Shown one piece after another: positions 32,600-41,004 of a stretch of DNA of 64,000 nucleotides. Under the pieces are notes generated by a model. The model was not told where the DNA came from. It was given only the letters and a program-made list of their open reading frames with translations, and made no database searches. Within the stretch, counting starts at the first letter, position 1. Every line of letters starts with the position of its first letter. Source of the DNA: a virus (lineage: Duplodnaviria > Caudoviricetes); the IMG/VR virus record IMGVR_UViG_3300044620_001883, positions 136,256 to 200,255 of that record; one strand, written 5' to 3'. Both the position numbers and the translations under genes were made by a program.

Positions 32600-33728
32600 C
32601 AAAACAGCCAATTGGTTGGACGATATTAAGGCACAGCTTGAAAGCGTCAAACGGCACGCCGCCGCCAGCCCGTACGCGAAAGGTTCTCTCATCGGCGGCG
32701 CCGCCGGTGCTGCGCTTGCTGGTGGTGCCAGCTGGCAGAACAGCGAAGATGGTGACACTCCGGCGTTGCGTCGTCGGCGTATCCTGCGGGATGCCTTGAT
32801 GGGTGGTGTGCTCGGCGCTGGTGCAGGCGCGGCTCTGCCGGCCTTTGGTGACATAGCAAAGCAGCTCGCACCCCCACCAACAGCCGAACAGTCCACCGCG
32901 GCCCGTATTGCCAACATTTTCGCAGATGACAAACCTCTAGGTGGGCTGACAGGCACAACCTTGGGTGGGGTGGGAGGCTTCACAGCCGAACGTTATTTCC
33001 GACGGGGCAATGTGCTGGACAAAGTACACTCCCATTTGAATGGTGTTCTTAACGGTGCGCATGGTGTGTACAAGGACATCACCAAAGCGGTTGCCGATGA
33101 GATGAATCATTTGAAGGGTACAGCCATTGGCGGACAACCGCATTGGAACAATGCCTTCGATGAACTCATTCACAAGAGAATGGAAGCCCTGAATCTCGAC
33201 AAAAGCGTGTTGGCGCCGAACGTCTGGAGTCAAAGATGGAAAGAACAAGTCAAGGATTGGGAAACGGAGGCGCGTAAGACGCATTTGAAGCGTTACGACC
33301 CCACGCTTGCCACGTTCACGGAAGACTTCGGGCGGACGCCTGTGGCAAATGGAATATCAAAACATCAAGGCGCGTTGTTTGGTGGATTTGGTCCTCAAGG
33401 TTTCTTGGGGCGCTGGTTTTCACGGGCTACCAGCCCAGGAGGAGCGTCAGCAGATCAATTGGGGCTAAGGTTGCTTCGCGAAAAAAACTTCACAGCAGCC
33501 CAGGCAGCGGCAGAGCTCGAAAAAATCATGCACGACCCTGCCAAGCATCCCGACTTCACCCGTAACATGGCCAAAACGTACAGCGGACGCGGAATCCACA
33601 CGGGTATCACAGGCCGGTCGATCGGCGCAACGGCGCTTGGCGCGGCGCTACCCTCCATCATCCCGTACGCCATCCCAGCTGTCGCGGCGGCCAAGGGCCT
33701 CCTTAAAAGCACGGTCAGCGACCAATAA
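32592..33728 (+). CDS. Glycine-zipper-containing protein (candidate ejection/membrane-channel protein)
   Basis: LIGGAAGAALAGG, LMGGVLGAGAGAAL, LGGLTGTTLGGVGG, IGATALGAAL; N-terminal NKTAN. Confidence 0.55.
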   Translation: MHNKTANWLDDIKAQLESVKRHAAASPYAKGSLIGGAAGAALAGGASWQNSEDGDTPALRRRRILRDALMGGVLGAGAGAALPAFGDIAKQLAPPPTAEQSTAARIANIFADDKPLGGLTGTTLGGVGGFTAERYFRRGNVLDKVHSHLNGVLNGAHGVYKDITKAVADEMNHLKGTAIGGQPHWNNAFDELIHKRMEALNLDKSVLAPNVWSQRWKEQVKDWETEARKTHLKRYDPTLATFTEDFGRTPVANGISKHQGALFGGFGPQGFLGRWFSRATSPGGASADQLGLRLLREKNFTAAQAAAELEKIMHDPAKHPDFTRNMAKTYSGRGIHTGITGRSIGATALGAALPSIIPYAIPAVAAAKGLLKSTVSDQ

Positions 33729-33738
33729 CACACCAACC

Positions 33739-35235
33739 ATGCAACCCTCTCTTCTGCAGCGTGAATCTGGCATATCCAAGACCTTCATGGCCCATGACTG
33801 GCCAGGACTCGTGGAAGACATGTCAGGGCATCTGACGACATTATTCGAACGCGGACATATCAAGACTGCCGCGTCGGATCTGTTCAGTCGCAAGGACCTC
33901 GACGACCATGCCCCGCCGCCTGGGTACTTTATGATCCATCAGACCGTGATGGGATCCGAGGAAGGTTACGGATTCAACAACAACGGCGACAGCTACCCGG
34001 ACGAGACGTTGAAGCGCGACCACCCGACATTCGTCACACACGGCCGCGTGTACCGGGAGCACCGCAACCGCGACCCCGAGAAAGCCATTGGGGTCATCAA
34101 GGCCGCGCGTTACTCGCAGAAGATGCAGCGCGTTGAACTCCTCAAGCACCTGGAGATCAGCAAAGCCGAGAAGGAGTATGAGATGGCCAAGGCAGGCAAA
34201 GAACTGCATGCCAGCATGGCCTGCCGTGTCCCGTTTGACGTGTGCTCTTGCTGTGAGCAAAAGGCCAAGTACGCAAGCCTGTACTGCAGCCACCTCAAGG
34301 AACGCATGATGCAATGGATACCATCATTCAAGAAGTATGCGCATGCCCGCAATACGATCTGCACCTTCTTCGACTCCAGTGTCGTCGAGAACCCGGCAGC
34401 GCGCGAGGCCAAGCACATCGAGTATCGATTCGGCCCGGAACTCCTGAAGGCAGCCAGCACACGTCCGTCCTTCTCCGGCGCGCAGTGGGCCGAGTTTGAA
34501 GGTGTGGATCTTTCCCAACACCTCACCATGAACCAAACCGAGACGTCTATCCTGCAGAAGCTGGCCAGCATTGAAGCATCGAACGCCCCCGACAGGTATC
34601 GGGACAACGTGTCCATGCATGGCTTCGCGAACACACACAACCTGCGGGATGAAGAGTGGGCGGCAGTGCAAAAGCTGCTGCCGGGTACATTGTTCAATAA
34701 ACTGGCACGGCGGCGTGTGCTGCTGCCCTTTGATCTGTTTGCCGCGTACGCGACAGGACGCAATCCGTCCGAGATCCGGAGCGACGCGGACTTCACCAAA
34801 GCAGCCAGCATGCTTCCGGGGATTTTCCGGGCGCTGGCCAGCGCGCTTGAAGGCGGCTCCAGCGGTGGGGGTTGTGGCTGCAATCAAGAGGACATGGACA
34901 TGTTCAGGGCTTCCTCCAATTCAGCCGCCGCCTTCGATCCCGGCAGCAGTGATGAGGTGGACAAGGTCATGGACAAAGCGACGGAACAGTTCAGCGCGGA
35001 GGCGGAACCGATTCGTCGTCGCGCCATTGTGATGATCACAATCAAGAAGGCGCAAGCCCGTGGTCCTGTACTTCCAGCACCGGCACCATTGGATCTTCCA
35101 CCTTTGCTGTCGTTGTACGGGTTGTACAAAATAGCGGCTGTGCGCGACATGCTGCACCTCGCGCAGGACAACAAACAGGACGTCGAACACGAGCTGCTGC
35201 GATGCAGCGTTGACCAGAACTCCTTTGCACTTTAA
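33739..35235 (+). CDS. Prohead maturation protease with a long C-terminal extension
   Basis: NNNGDSY, VYREHRN..P.KAIG.I..A, VELL, ASMACRVPFDVCSCC (His/Ser protease pattern); sits upstream of scaffold and capsid. Confidence 0.72.
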   Translation: MQPSLLQRESGISKTFMAHDWPGLVEDMSGHLTTLFERGHIKTAASDLFSRKDLDDHAPPPGYFMIHQTVMGSEEGYGFNNNGDSYPDETLKRDHPTFVTHGRVYREHRNRDPEKAIGVIKAARYSQKMQRVELLKHLEISKAEKEYEMAKAGKELHASMACRVPFDVCSCCEQKAKYASLYCSHLKERMMQWIPSFKKYAHARNTICTFFDSSVVENPAAREAKHIEYRFGPELLKAASTRPSFSGAQWAEFEGVDLSQHLTMNQTETSILQKLASIEASNAPDRYRDNVSMHGFANTHNLRDEEWAAVQKLLPGTLFNKLARRRVLLPFDLFAAYATGRNPSEIRSDADFTKAASMLPGIFRALASALEGGSSGGGCGCNQEDMDMFRASSNSAAAFDPGSSDEVDKVMDKATEQFSAEAEPIRRRAIVMITIKKAQARGPVLPAPAPLDLPPLLSLYGLYKIAAVRDMLHLAQDNKQDVEHELLRCSVDQNSFAL

Positions 35236-35237
35236 GT

Positions 35238-35266
35238 TTGACACACTAGTACAGCGCTTCGATCAT
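35238..35266 (+). promoter_or_regulatory. Putative promoter TTGACA-N17-GATCAT for the scaffold-capsid operon
   Basis: Perfect -35 immediately after the protease stop. Confidence 0.6.
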
Positions 35267-35289
35267 TTATCACCAGCACACGCACTCTC

Positions 35290-36459
35290 ATGAACCAGAC
35301 CCCTATTCTATCTTCACAAGACCTTCGCAACCGCGTCGCCGAGTTTCGCGCACAGCGCAAACAGGCAGCGGACAGCGGTGCACCCCAGGATCCTACCCTT
35401 GCTGGTGTGACCACCATTCCGGTACAGCCTGACGCTGAAAATCCCAACAAGCTGCAGACACCGGGTGCCAACGGTACAAACAAAAAGGACGCTCAGCCCT
35501 CCGACAGTCTGCTGACCACCGACACCAATCCTTCTCCTTCCGGTTCGGGTGCCGTTCCTTCGCTCACAAACGGTACAGCCGCAGACACTGCCGCCACCGG
35601 GGTGATCGCCACCGCAACTTCGAAGTCGGCTGGGTTCCTTGCGAACCTCAAGTCACTCTCGGCCAAGTCCACGGAACTGCATGCGCAGCTGCACGGCAAG
35701 CAAGCCTCCGCTCCGGCTCCGGCCGTTACTCCCACTCCCGCCGTGGAGGCAGTTCCTGCTGGTTCCCTGGAAGATGCGCTGAAACAGGCTTCGGAAGTTT
35801 TTGCCAGTGTGGGTGAGCTGGTCTGCGGTGACGCCGACGGCAAGCGCCTGGTGGAACAACTTCTCATCAAGCAGGCCGGTCAAGTCCAGGCCCTGCAGAT
35901 GCTCAAGGAAGCCGAAATCGCTGCTGACGTGTACGCCCGTGCTGGTGCGATCCACGAAGAGCAGCGCGCCAAACAGGCCGCCGAAGACGCTGCTTTCCAG
36001 CAGTACTTTGGAAACCTCACACCGCTGGAACAGCATCGCATCACCAAGCTCGCTGCCATCCAGGAGCAGGACGCGCAGTTCCTTGCGTCGGAAGACGACG
36101 CCTTCTGGTACACCAAAGGCGCCGCTGCGGCGCAGGCCGCCATGGATCAGGCGGAGGCCGCCGGTGCGGAGCCCGACCCGTCCCAGATGGCTATGCCTGG
36201 CGGTGACGGTGGTATGCCTCCTCCCGAGGAGATCCTCCAGATTCTGGAGATGCTCGTTCAGTCCGGCAAAATCTCTCCTGAAGAGGCCCAACAGCTCATG
36301 CAGGAAATCATGGGTGCTGAAGGCGGTGCCCCTCCTGAAGGCGCTCCTCCTGAAGGTGCCGTGCCTGAAGGTGGCGACATCCCACCAAGCGAGGAAGAGA
36401 AGGCTGCCGCAGCCCGCCTCGCGCTCTGCGGTACGCACATCGTGCAGGTCCCGGCTTAA
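35290..36459 (+). CDS. Scaffold/core-like protein
   Basis: Ala/Gln/Glu-rich, helical plus low-complexity, about ten K-x-A motifs; lies between protease and capsid. Confidence 0.6.
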   Translation: MNQTPILSSQDLRNRVAEFRAQRKQAADSGAPQDPTLAGVTTIPVQPDAENPNKLQTPGANGTNKKDAQPSDSLLTTDTNPSPSGSGAVPSLTNGTAADTAATGVIATATSKSAGFLANLKSLSAKSTELHAQLHGKQASAPAPAVTPTPAVEAVPAGSLEDALKQASEVFASVGELVCGDADGKRLVEQLLIKQAGQVQALQMLKEAEIAADVYARAGAIHEEQRAKQAAEDAAFQQYFGNLTPLEQHRITKLAAIQEQDAQFLASEDDAFWYTKGAAAAQAAMDQAEAAGAEPDPSQMAMPGGDGGMPPPEEILQILEMLVQSGKISPEEAQQLMQEIMGAEGGAPPEGAPPEGAVPEGGDIPPSEEEKAAAARLALCGTHIVQVPA

Positions 36460-36500
36460 TTCACCGCTTCACACGCTCAACCTGTCTCACACGCTCTCCT

Positions 36501-36932
36501 ATGTTACCTGAAACCGCTCAACTTGCTGCTGAAGCTGCTGAAGTCGTCGCCAGTAACATGGAGGCGATCGAGATGCTCAAGCAAGCCGCACACGACGCGG
36601 AAAAGCAGGCGGCCGAAACAATTCGAGGCCTGCGCGCACGTGTGGGCGATCTCGAGGTTCAGGTCAAAGCCGCAACAGGGTTTGTGCCCAGCGACGAAGA
36701 GGTTGGCCTTGTCGCCGACCACATGGTGCGGCTGGGCTTCATTCTTGCCAACGAAAAGCAGGCAGCAGGCGCGTCGCTTCGAGCGAACCCTGCGAAACTG
36801 ATCAACGTGGTGGACCGCATGGCCTCCCACATCTCATCCCCTTTGATGGCTGCCGAGGGTTCACCCATTAAGCAGACCAACACCAAATTTGCCGGTCAGT
36901 CGGGCACCAAGGTCGCAAGCCCCTGGTACTGA
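36501..36932 (+). CDS. Small scaffold-like coiled-coil protein
   Basis: Six K-x-A motifs in 143 aa. Confidence 0.6.
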   Translation: MLPETAQLAAEAAEVVASNMEAIEMLKQAAHDAEKQAAETIRGLRARVGDLEVQVKAATGFVPSDEEVGLVADHMVRLGFILANEKQAAGASLRANPAKLINVVDRMASHISSPLMAAEGSPIKQTNTKFAGQSGTKVASPWY

Positions 36933-36962
36933 CCCCGGTAATACACCCCAACAAACACGACT

Positions 36963-37571
36963 ATGCCTACCCATTATGGTATTCAGAAGCGCTCCAAGCC
37001 GAGACTCCGTTTCGTCAAGGGCTTCGACGGCCAGAACTCGCTGAAACTGCAGGAAAATCTCTTCATCTACAATGATGCGGCGATTATGTCCGGCATGATC
37101 GTCAGCAAGTTCTGGAACACCGCGACGTCCCGATACGAATGGAAGATCGGTCTTGTTGCCGGCGCGACCCCGTACATTGCCGACCAGGACTACGATGACA
37201 GCGATGTCATCGCCGCAGGTGGCATCCTCACTGCTTATCCTCTCAGCAGCGAGATCGAAGTCCAAACTCCGTACGTGGTGGATGCCGATGGCTCCGCTTT
37301 TGGTGCTGATGCTGCTGACCTTCTGGATGATGCGGCCCTGGCCTGCATCGCCGCTGGTTCGACCGGCGCAGGCAGCCTCTGCCTCGCTGAAGCACTCGAC
37401 ACTGCGCTCTCTGCACGTGTTCAGATCGTTGGTTACGCCTCCGGGGGTCATCACACTGGTCTCATCGACGTTGCCGCTGAAAACACCAACGTCACCCGCG
37501 ACGCTGATGGCAAAGTGCTGGTTCTCCAGCTCACTGCCAACTTCTCCAAGGGCAACCTGACTGCGGCATAA
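36963..37571 (+). CDS. Capsid decoration/cement-like protein
   Basis: 202 aa beta-rich protein immediately before the major capsid gene. Confidence 0.5.
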   Translation: MPTHYGIQKRSKPRLRFVKGFDGQNSLKLQENLFIYNDAAIMSGMIVSKFWNTATSRYEWKIGLVAGATPYIADQDYDDSDVIAAGGILTAYPLSSEIEVQTPYVVDADGSAFGADAADLLDDAALACIAAGSTGAGSLCLAEALDTALSARVQIVGYASGGHHTGLIDVAAENTNVTRDADGKVLVLQLTANFSKGNLTAA

Positions 37572-37601
37572 CCCCAACCTCCCACACAGAGACCTGTTCC
37601 T

Positions 37602-38576
37602 ATGAGACCTCTAGTTATGCACACCCCAGGTGAGTGGACCGACGCTGATAACGCCGGACTGCTCCAATCCCTCACCGAAGCCCCCGATGGACCAGTCAAG
37701 CTGGCCTCCACAGGTGCTACGGACTACACCCGTGTGATTCTCCGTGAATCCTCGGTCCTCCCAGCCATCCAGGCTCCACAGACCATCACGATCGACCGCC
37801 TCAAACGCCGCACCTCCAGTGCCGGTGGTGATGTGCCTGAAATCGGCTTGGTTGAATGCGAGCGTGAACCCGGCTCCCCCGGCTCCCGCACTGTCCCGTT
37901 CTCTGCTGGTCCTGTCCAGCAGACCTACCGCGGGGAAGTGTACTACATTCGTATCAGCACGGACGAAACTCCGGAGCTGTACAAGAACGTCGACCAGCTC
38001 GGCCTTTACCAGATGGACCTCCGTCAGGTGATCACCGACAACCTCCTCAAAGACCTCGACAACCTCGTGGACTTCCGGTACTTCCAGACCGTGAAGGACA
38101 TCACCGGTTCCGATGTCGACGCTGACGGTGCCGGCGGTTATCGCCAGTATCGTGAAGTCGTGGGCGGCATCACCCGCAACACCTACCGCGAGACGCTTCG
38201 TCCGCTGCAGGATGCAACCCTCAACAACGGCGTGTTCGTCATGGGTCGTCAGACCGCAAACGACTTCCTCGGTTGGGATCGCAACGCCATCGGTGGTGAC
38301 CTCGCTGAACGCCTCATGCAAGAAGGCCTGAATGCTCTGGACCGTTTCCAGATCTTCGGCGTCGCGCACGTGGCATCCATCAAGAAGACGCTGTTCCCGA
38401 AAGGTCACGTCTTCCACTTCGCTCCCCCGAACTTCCTGGGTCGTTACTACGAATACCAGGCACCTACGGTGTACGTGAAGAAGGAACGCGACATCATCTA
38501 TGTCTACGCCAAACGCAAGTATGGCTACGGCATCGGCAATGAAGCGGCAGTGGCCCGCACGGTGTTCCAGGACTAA
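37602..38576 (+). CDS. Major capsid protein (HK97-fold, inferred)
   Basis: 324 aa; strongly biased codon usage; follows protease/scaffold; followed by a strong terminator; single VKLAS at residues 32-36. Confidence 0.75.
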   Translation: MRPLVMHTPGEWTDADNAGLLQSLTEAPDGPVKLASTGATDYTRVILRESSVLPAIQAPQTITIDRLKRRTSSAGGDVPEIGLVECEREPGSPGSRTVPFSAGPVQQTYRGEVYYIRISTDETPELYKNVDQLGLYQMDLRQVITDNLLKDLDNLVDFRYFQTVKDITGSDVDADGAGGYRQYREVVGGITRNTYRETLRPLQDATLNNGVFVMGRQTANDFLGWDRNAIGGDLAERLMQEGLNALDRFQIFGVAHVASIKKTLFPKGHVFHFAPPNFLGRYYEYQAPTVYVKKERDIIYVYAKRKYGYGIGNEAAVARTVFQD

Positions 38577-38602
38577 CCCTCCTCTCGGTAATACTTCCCA
38601 AA

Positions 38603-38635
38603 GCGCAGGTTCTTCGGAGCCTGCGCTTTTTGTTT
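38603..38635 (+). terminator. Rho-independent terminator after the major capsid gene
   Basis: GCGCAGGTTC-TTCG-GAGCCTGCGC-TTTTTGTTT. Confidence 0.9.
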
Positions 38636-38662
38636 GGCGGGATGCTGCACATGAGGCACATT
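38634..38662 (+). promoter_or_regulatory. Putative promoter TTGGCG-N17-CACATT; leaderless to ATG 38668
   Basis: Re-initiates transcription directly after the terminator. Confidence 0.45.
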
Positions 38663-38667
38663 CAAGC

Positions 38668-38967
38668 ATGTCCGACAAACTCGACCCCTACTCCGAAGGT
38701 TTCTTGCGTACCTGCTACGACAACGGCGTCCCTGAAGAGCTGGCCTGCAGGATGCTCATCAAGGCGGCCTCCATGAACGCCAGACAACCCGGCAATCTCC
38801 CGATCGGGGATGTGGGGCGCCTGGCTCTCTTTGGTGCGGGGCAGCATGTGGTCAGCTTGGTGAAATCTGCGGCGGACACTCAAACCGGAAATGTACGTGC
38901 AGCACCAACACTGACGCCTTCGATCCTGCCTCTTCAGCAAGGTCCTTCACCCTCCCCACGCTTGTGA
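38668..38967 (+). CDS. Small hypothetical head protein
   Basis: MSDKLDPYSEGFLRTC...IKAAS...VKSAA. Confidence 0.65.
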   Translation: MSDKLDPYSEGFLRTCYDNGVPEELACRMLIKAASMNARQPGNLPIGDVGRLALFGAGQHVVSLVKSAADTQTGNVRAAPTLTPSILPLQQGPSPSPRL

Positions 38968-39392
38968 GCTCCCCCTACGTCACCATCGAGATGTTACGGG
39001 AACACCTGGGTGACCGGGCCGTGGATCTGTCGTCCAAGCGTGAAGGGGACCTGACCTGGGGCGACGACGAGATCAAGCAGGCGATGGAGGCCGCGGCGCG
39101 CAGCTTCAACTCACTCCCGCCTTTCGTCGGCAAAGCCCACTGGTCGCAACTCAGCGCTGACTCTGACATCTTCCTCGACGCCGCCGCGGCCACCGCGATG
39201 GAGCGCCGCGCACGCAAGCTGATGCAGGAGCGCACCAATTTCCAAGCCGGCGGGATCGCGACAGATCCTGACGGTGCCATCATCGACGGGTTGCTGGCGC
39301 TCGCCAAAGGCCTGCGTGACAAGTTCAACCGGGAAGCCACTGCCTTTAAGGCCAACCTGAACTGGCGGGGCGCCTTCGGGCGTGTGGGATAA
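38964..39392 (+). CDS. Head-tail adaptor/neck protein (inferred)
   Basis: Helical 142 aa; position after the capsid gene. Confidence 0.5.
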   Translation: MSSPYVTIEMLREHLGDRAVDLSSKREGDLTWGDDEIKQAMEAAARSFNSLPPFVGKAHWSQLSADSDIFLDAAAATAMERRARKLMQERTNFQAGGIATDPDGAIIDGLLALAKGLRDKFNREATAFKANLNWRGAFGRVG

Positions 39393-39401
39393 ACGAACAT
39401 C

Positions 39402-40238
39402 GTGAACAACGCACTCCCATTCGTAAGCGTCTCAGTACAGCCTTCCTATCAGCATGGTAGTTGTGTTGTAGCCTGGAAACGTTCTTTGGAGTTTGAGCAG
39501 CATGGGGTTCTCGTTTACCGCTCTCTGGATGGGATCAGCAACTGGCAGCTGCTCAACCAGCACGACGAGCCGCTGGTGCTGCAGGAGCAGTTCCTCGATG
39601 AGACACTGCCCGTGAACACCAAGCTGGATCGCGTACATTACCGGCTGGTGCTTGAGGACATGACCACAGGCGCGCTGACCACAGGAGAGACCCTGGCCTT
39701 TTTTGAGCGCATGAGCCTGCAAGACTACCGAACAGCCCGCAGGTTCATGGTGGCGGAACTGCAACGGCTGCGCACCGGGGCTGGTGTTCCTGCTTTCTTG
39801 GTCATGCCCCGCCGCCAGGGTGTTGGGGCAGGGGTCGACGCCGTGACATCACAGGTTATTGATAGCTGCACCTACAACGCATCCGGCGGAGATGCGGCAG
39901 GTTTCGGCACACCGCTGCAGACATGGGTGCAACTGCTTGGCAGCACTCAAGTACAGCAGAGCGCCCAGGATGGCACTGGCACGATTGAACTGGTGGAGAC
40001 GCCCGCCAGACTACCCGGATTCCCTCAGCCAATTCGCGGAACGCTGGTGGTCCTACCCTTGACGGACGACCGGTATGTTGTCGGTGACACCGTTACCCCA
40101 TACGCGTTCCGTGGTCTGGTGCCCATCGCCTATCAGGTCACCCTGGCACGCTTGGGTCGACAGGATCCCCGGTACCGCGTGCGCATTCCCCGACTGGATG
40201 CACGTCTCGCCCAACCCGCGTACACCCGCAGCTCATGA
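39402..40238 (+). CDS. Neck/head-closure protein (inferred)
   Basis: 278 aa; position in the neck module. Confidence 0.45.
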   Translation: MNNALPFVSVSVQPSYQHGSCVVAWKRSLEFEQHGVLVYRSLDGISNWQLLNQHDEPLVLQEQFLDETLPVNTKLDRVHYRLVLEDMTTGALTTGETLAFFERMSLQDYRTARRFMVAELQRLRTGAGVPAFLVMPRRQGVGAGVDAVTSQVIDSCTYNASGGDAAGFGTPLQTWVQLLGSTQVQQSAQDGTGTIELVETPARLPGFPQPIRGTLVVLPLTDDRYVVGDTVTPYAFRGLVPIAYQVTLARLGRQDPRYRVRIPRLDARLAQPAYTRSS

Positions 40239-40933
40239 GCGCCCTTCCACTCCAATCCAGGACGAAACCTACAGTACAAGAACTGGCAACTGCCGCAGCG
40301 GCGCAACGCGCTGCTGACGCGGCTGAATGCTCCTACTCCAACCGTCCGTTTTACTTCGCGCGCTTTCGCTCCGCCTTGCTGCGGTTGACCAAGGAGTACT
40401 TTGCCACCCCGGGCAACCTGCCTGTGGAGGAGGATATACCGACCATGCCATGTTTGGCGGGAGACGCTGTTGACCCCACCAAAACAGGCATCCATGTCCG
40501 GAGCACTTTCGACGTGGATCCACCAAGTACAGAGGAGACATGCATTTTCATCCGCATGCCGGAACTCAAATTTGAAAAGCTGTTTCTGGGTGACTACGGC
40601 GGCAGTTCCGCCAACCTGTCCAGCACCTACCGGGAGAAATCGTTCAAAGGCACGCTCGTGTTTTTGGCCGACAATCCAGTACATGATGTAGCCGTGACAC
40701 TCCTGGAAGGTTTGCTGGTGTACCTGGAAGGAACCAAGCACAACTGGATGACGACGCTCGGTCTGACATCCTTCGATGTTGTCTCTCTTGGAGAGGGTGT
40801 CGAGACGCGCAAAGCCCCGCAGCGCATGTTGCGCGCGACACTGACCGTCGAGTTTACAGGCCGTCAAAACATCGACGCTTACCAGGAAGCGCTGCCGCTC
40901 AAACGCATCGTGCTCACAACAAACCCGGCGTGA
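40235..40933 (+). CDS. Tail terminator/completion protein (inferred)
   Basis: 232 aa, immediately before the sheath; alpha/beta pattern. Confidence 0.5.
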   Translation: MSALPLQSRTKPTVQELATAAAAQRAADAAECSYSNRPFYFARFRSALLRLTKEYFATPGNLPVEEDIPTMPCLAGDAVDPTKTGIHVRSTFDVDPPSTEETCIFIRMPELKFEKLFLGDYGGSSANLSSTYREKSFKGTLVFLADNPVHDVAVTLLEGLLVYLEGTKHNWMTTLGLTSFDVVSLGEGVETRKAPQRMLRATLTVEFTGRQNIDAYQEALPLKRIVLTTNPA

Positions 40934-40950
40934 AAATAGTGCGAGCGAGG

Positions 40951-40980
40951 TTGACGCATCCCCTGCCTGCCCGCTAAATT
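40951..40980 (+). promoter_or_regulatory. Putative promoter TTGACG-N18-TAAATT for sheath-tube
   Basis: Near-consensus, in a 71-nt intergenic gap. Confidence 0.6.
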
Positions 40981-41004
40981 ACAACATCTCGCATCCCCTC
41001 AAGT

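Noticed and set aside
33480-33488. A AAA AAC slippery heptamer in the glycine-zipper gene
   Set aside because: No stimulatory structure and no meaningful -1 product; it is explained by E-K-N codons in an A-rich segment.
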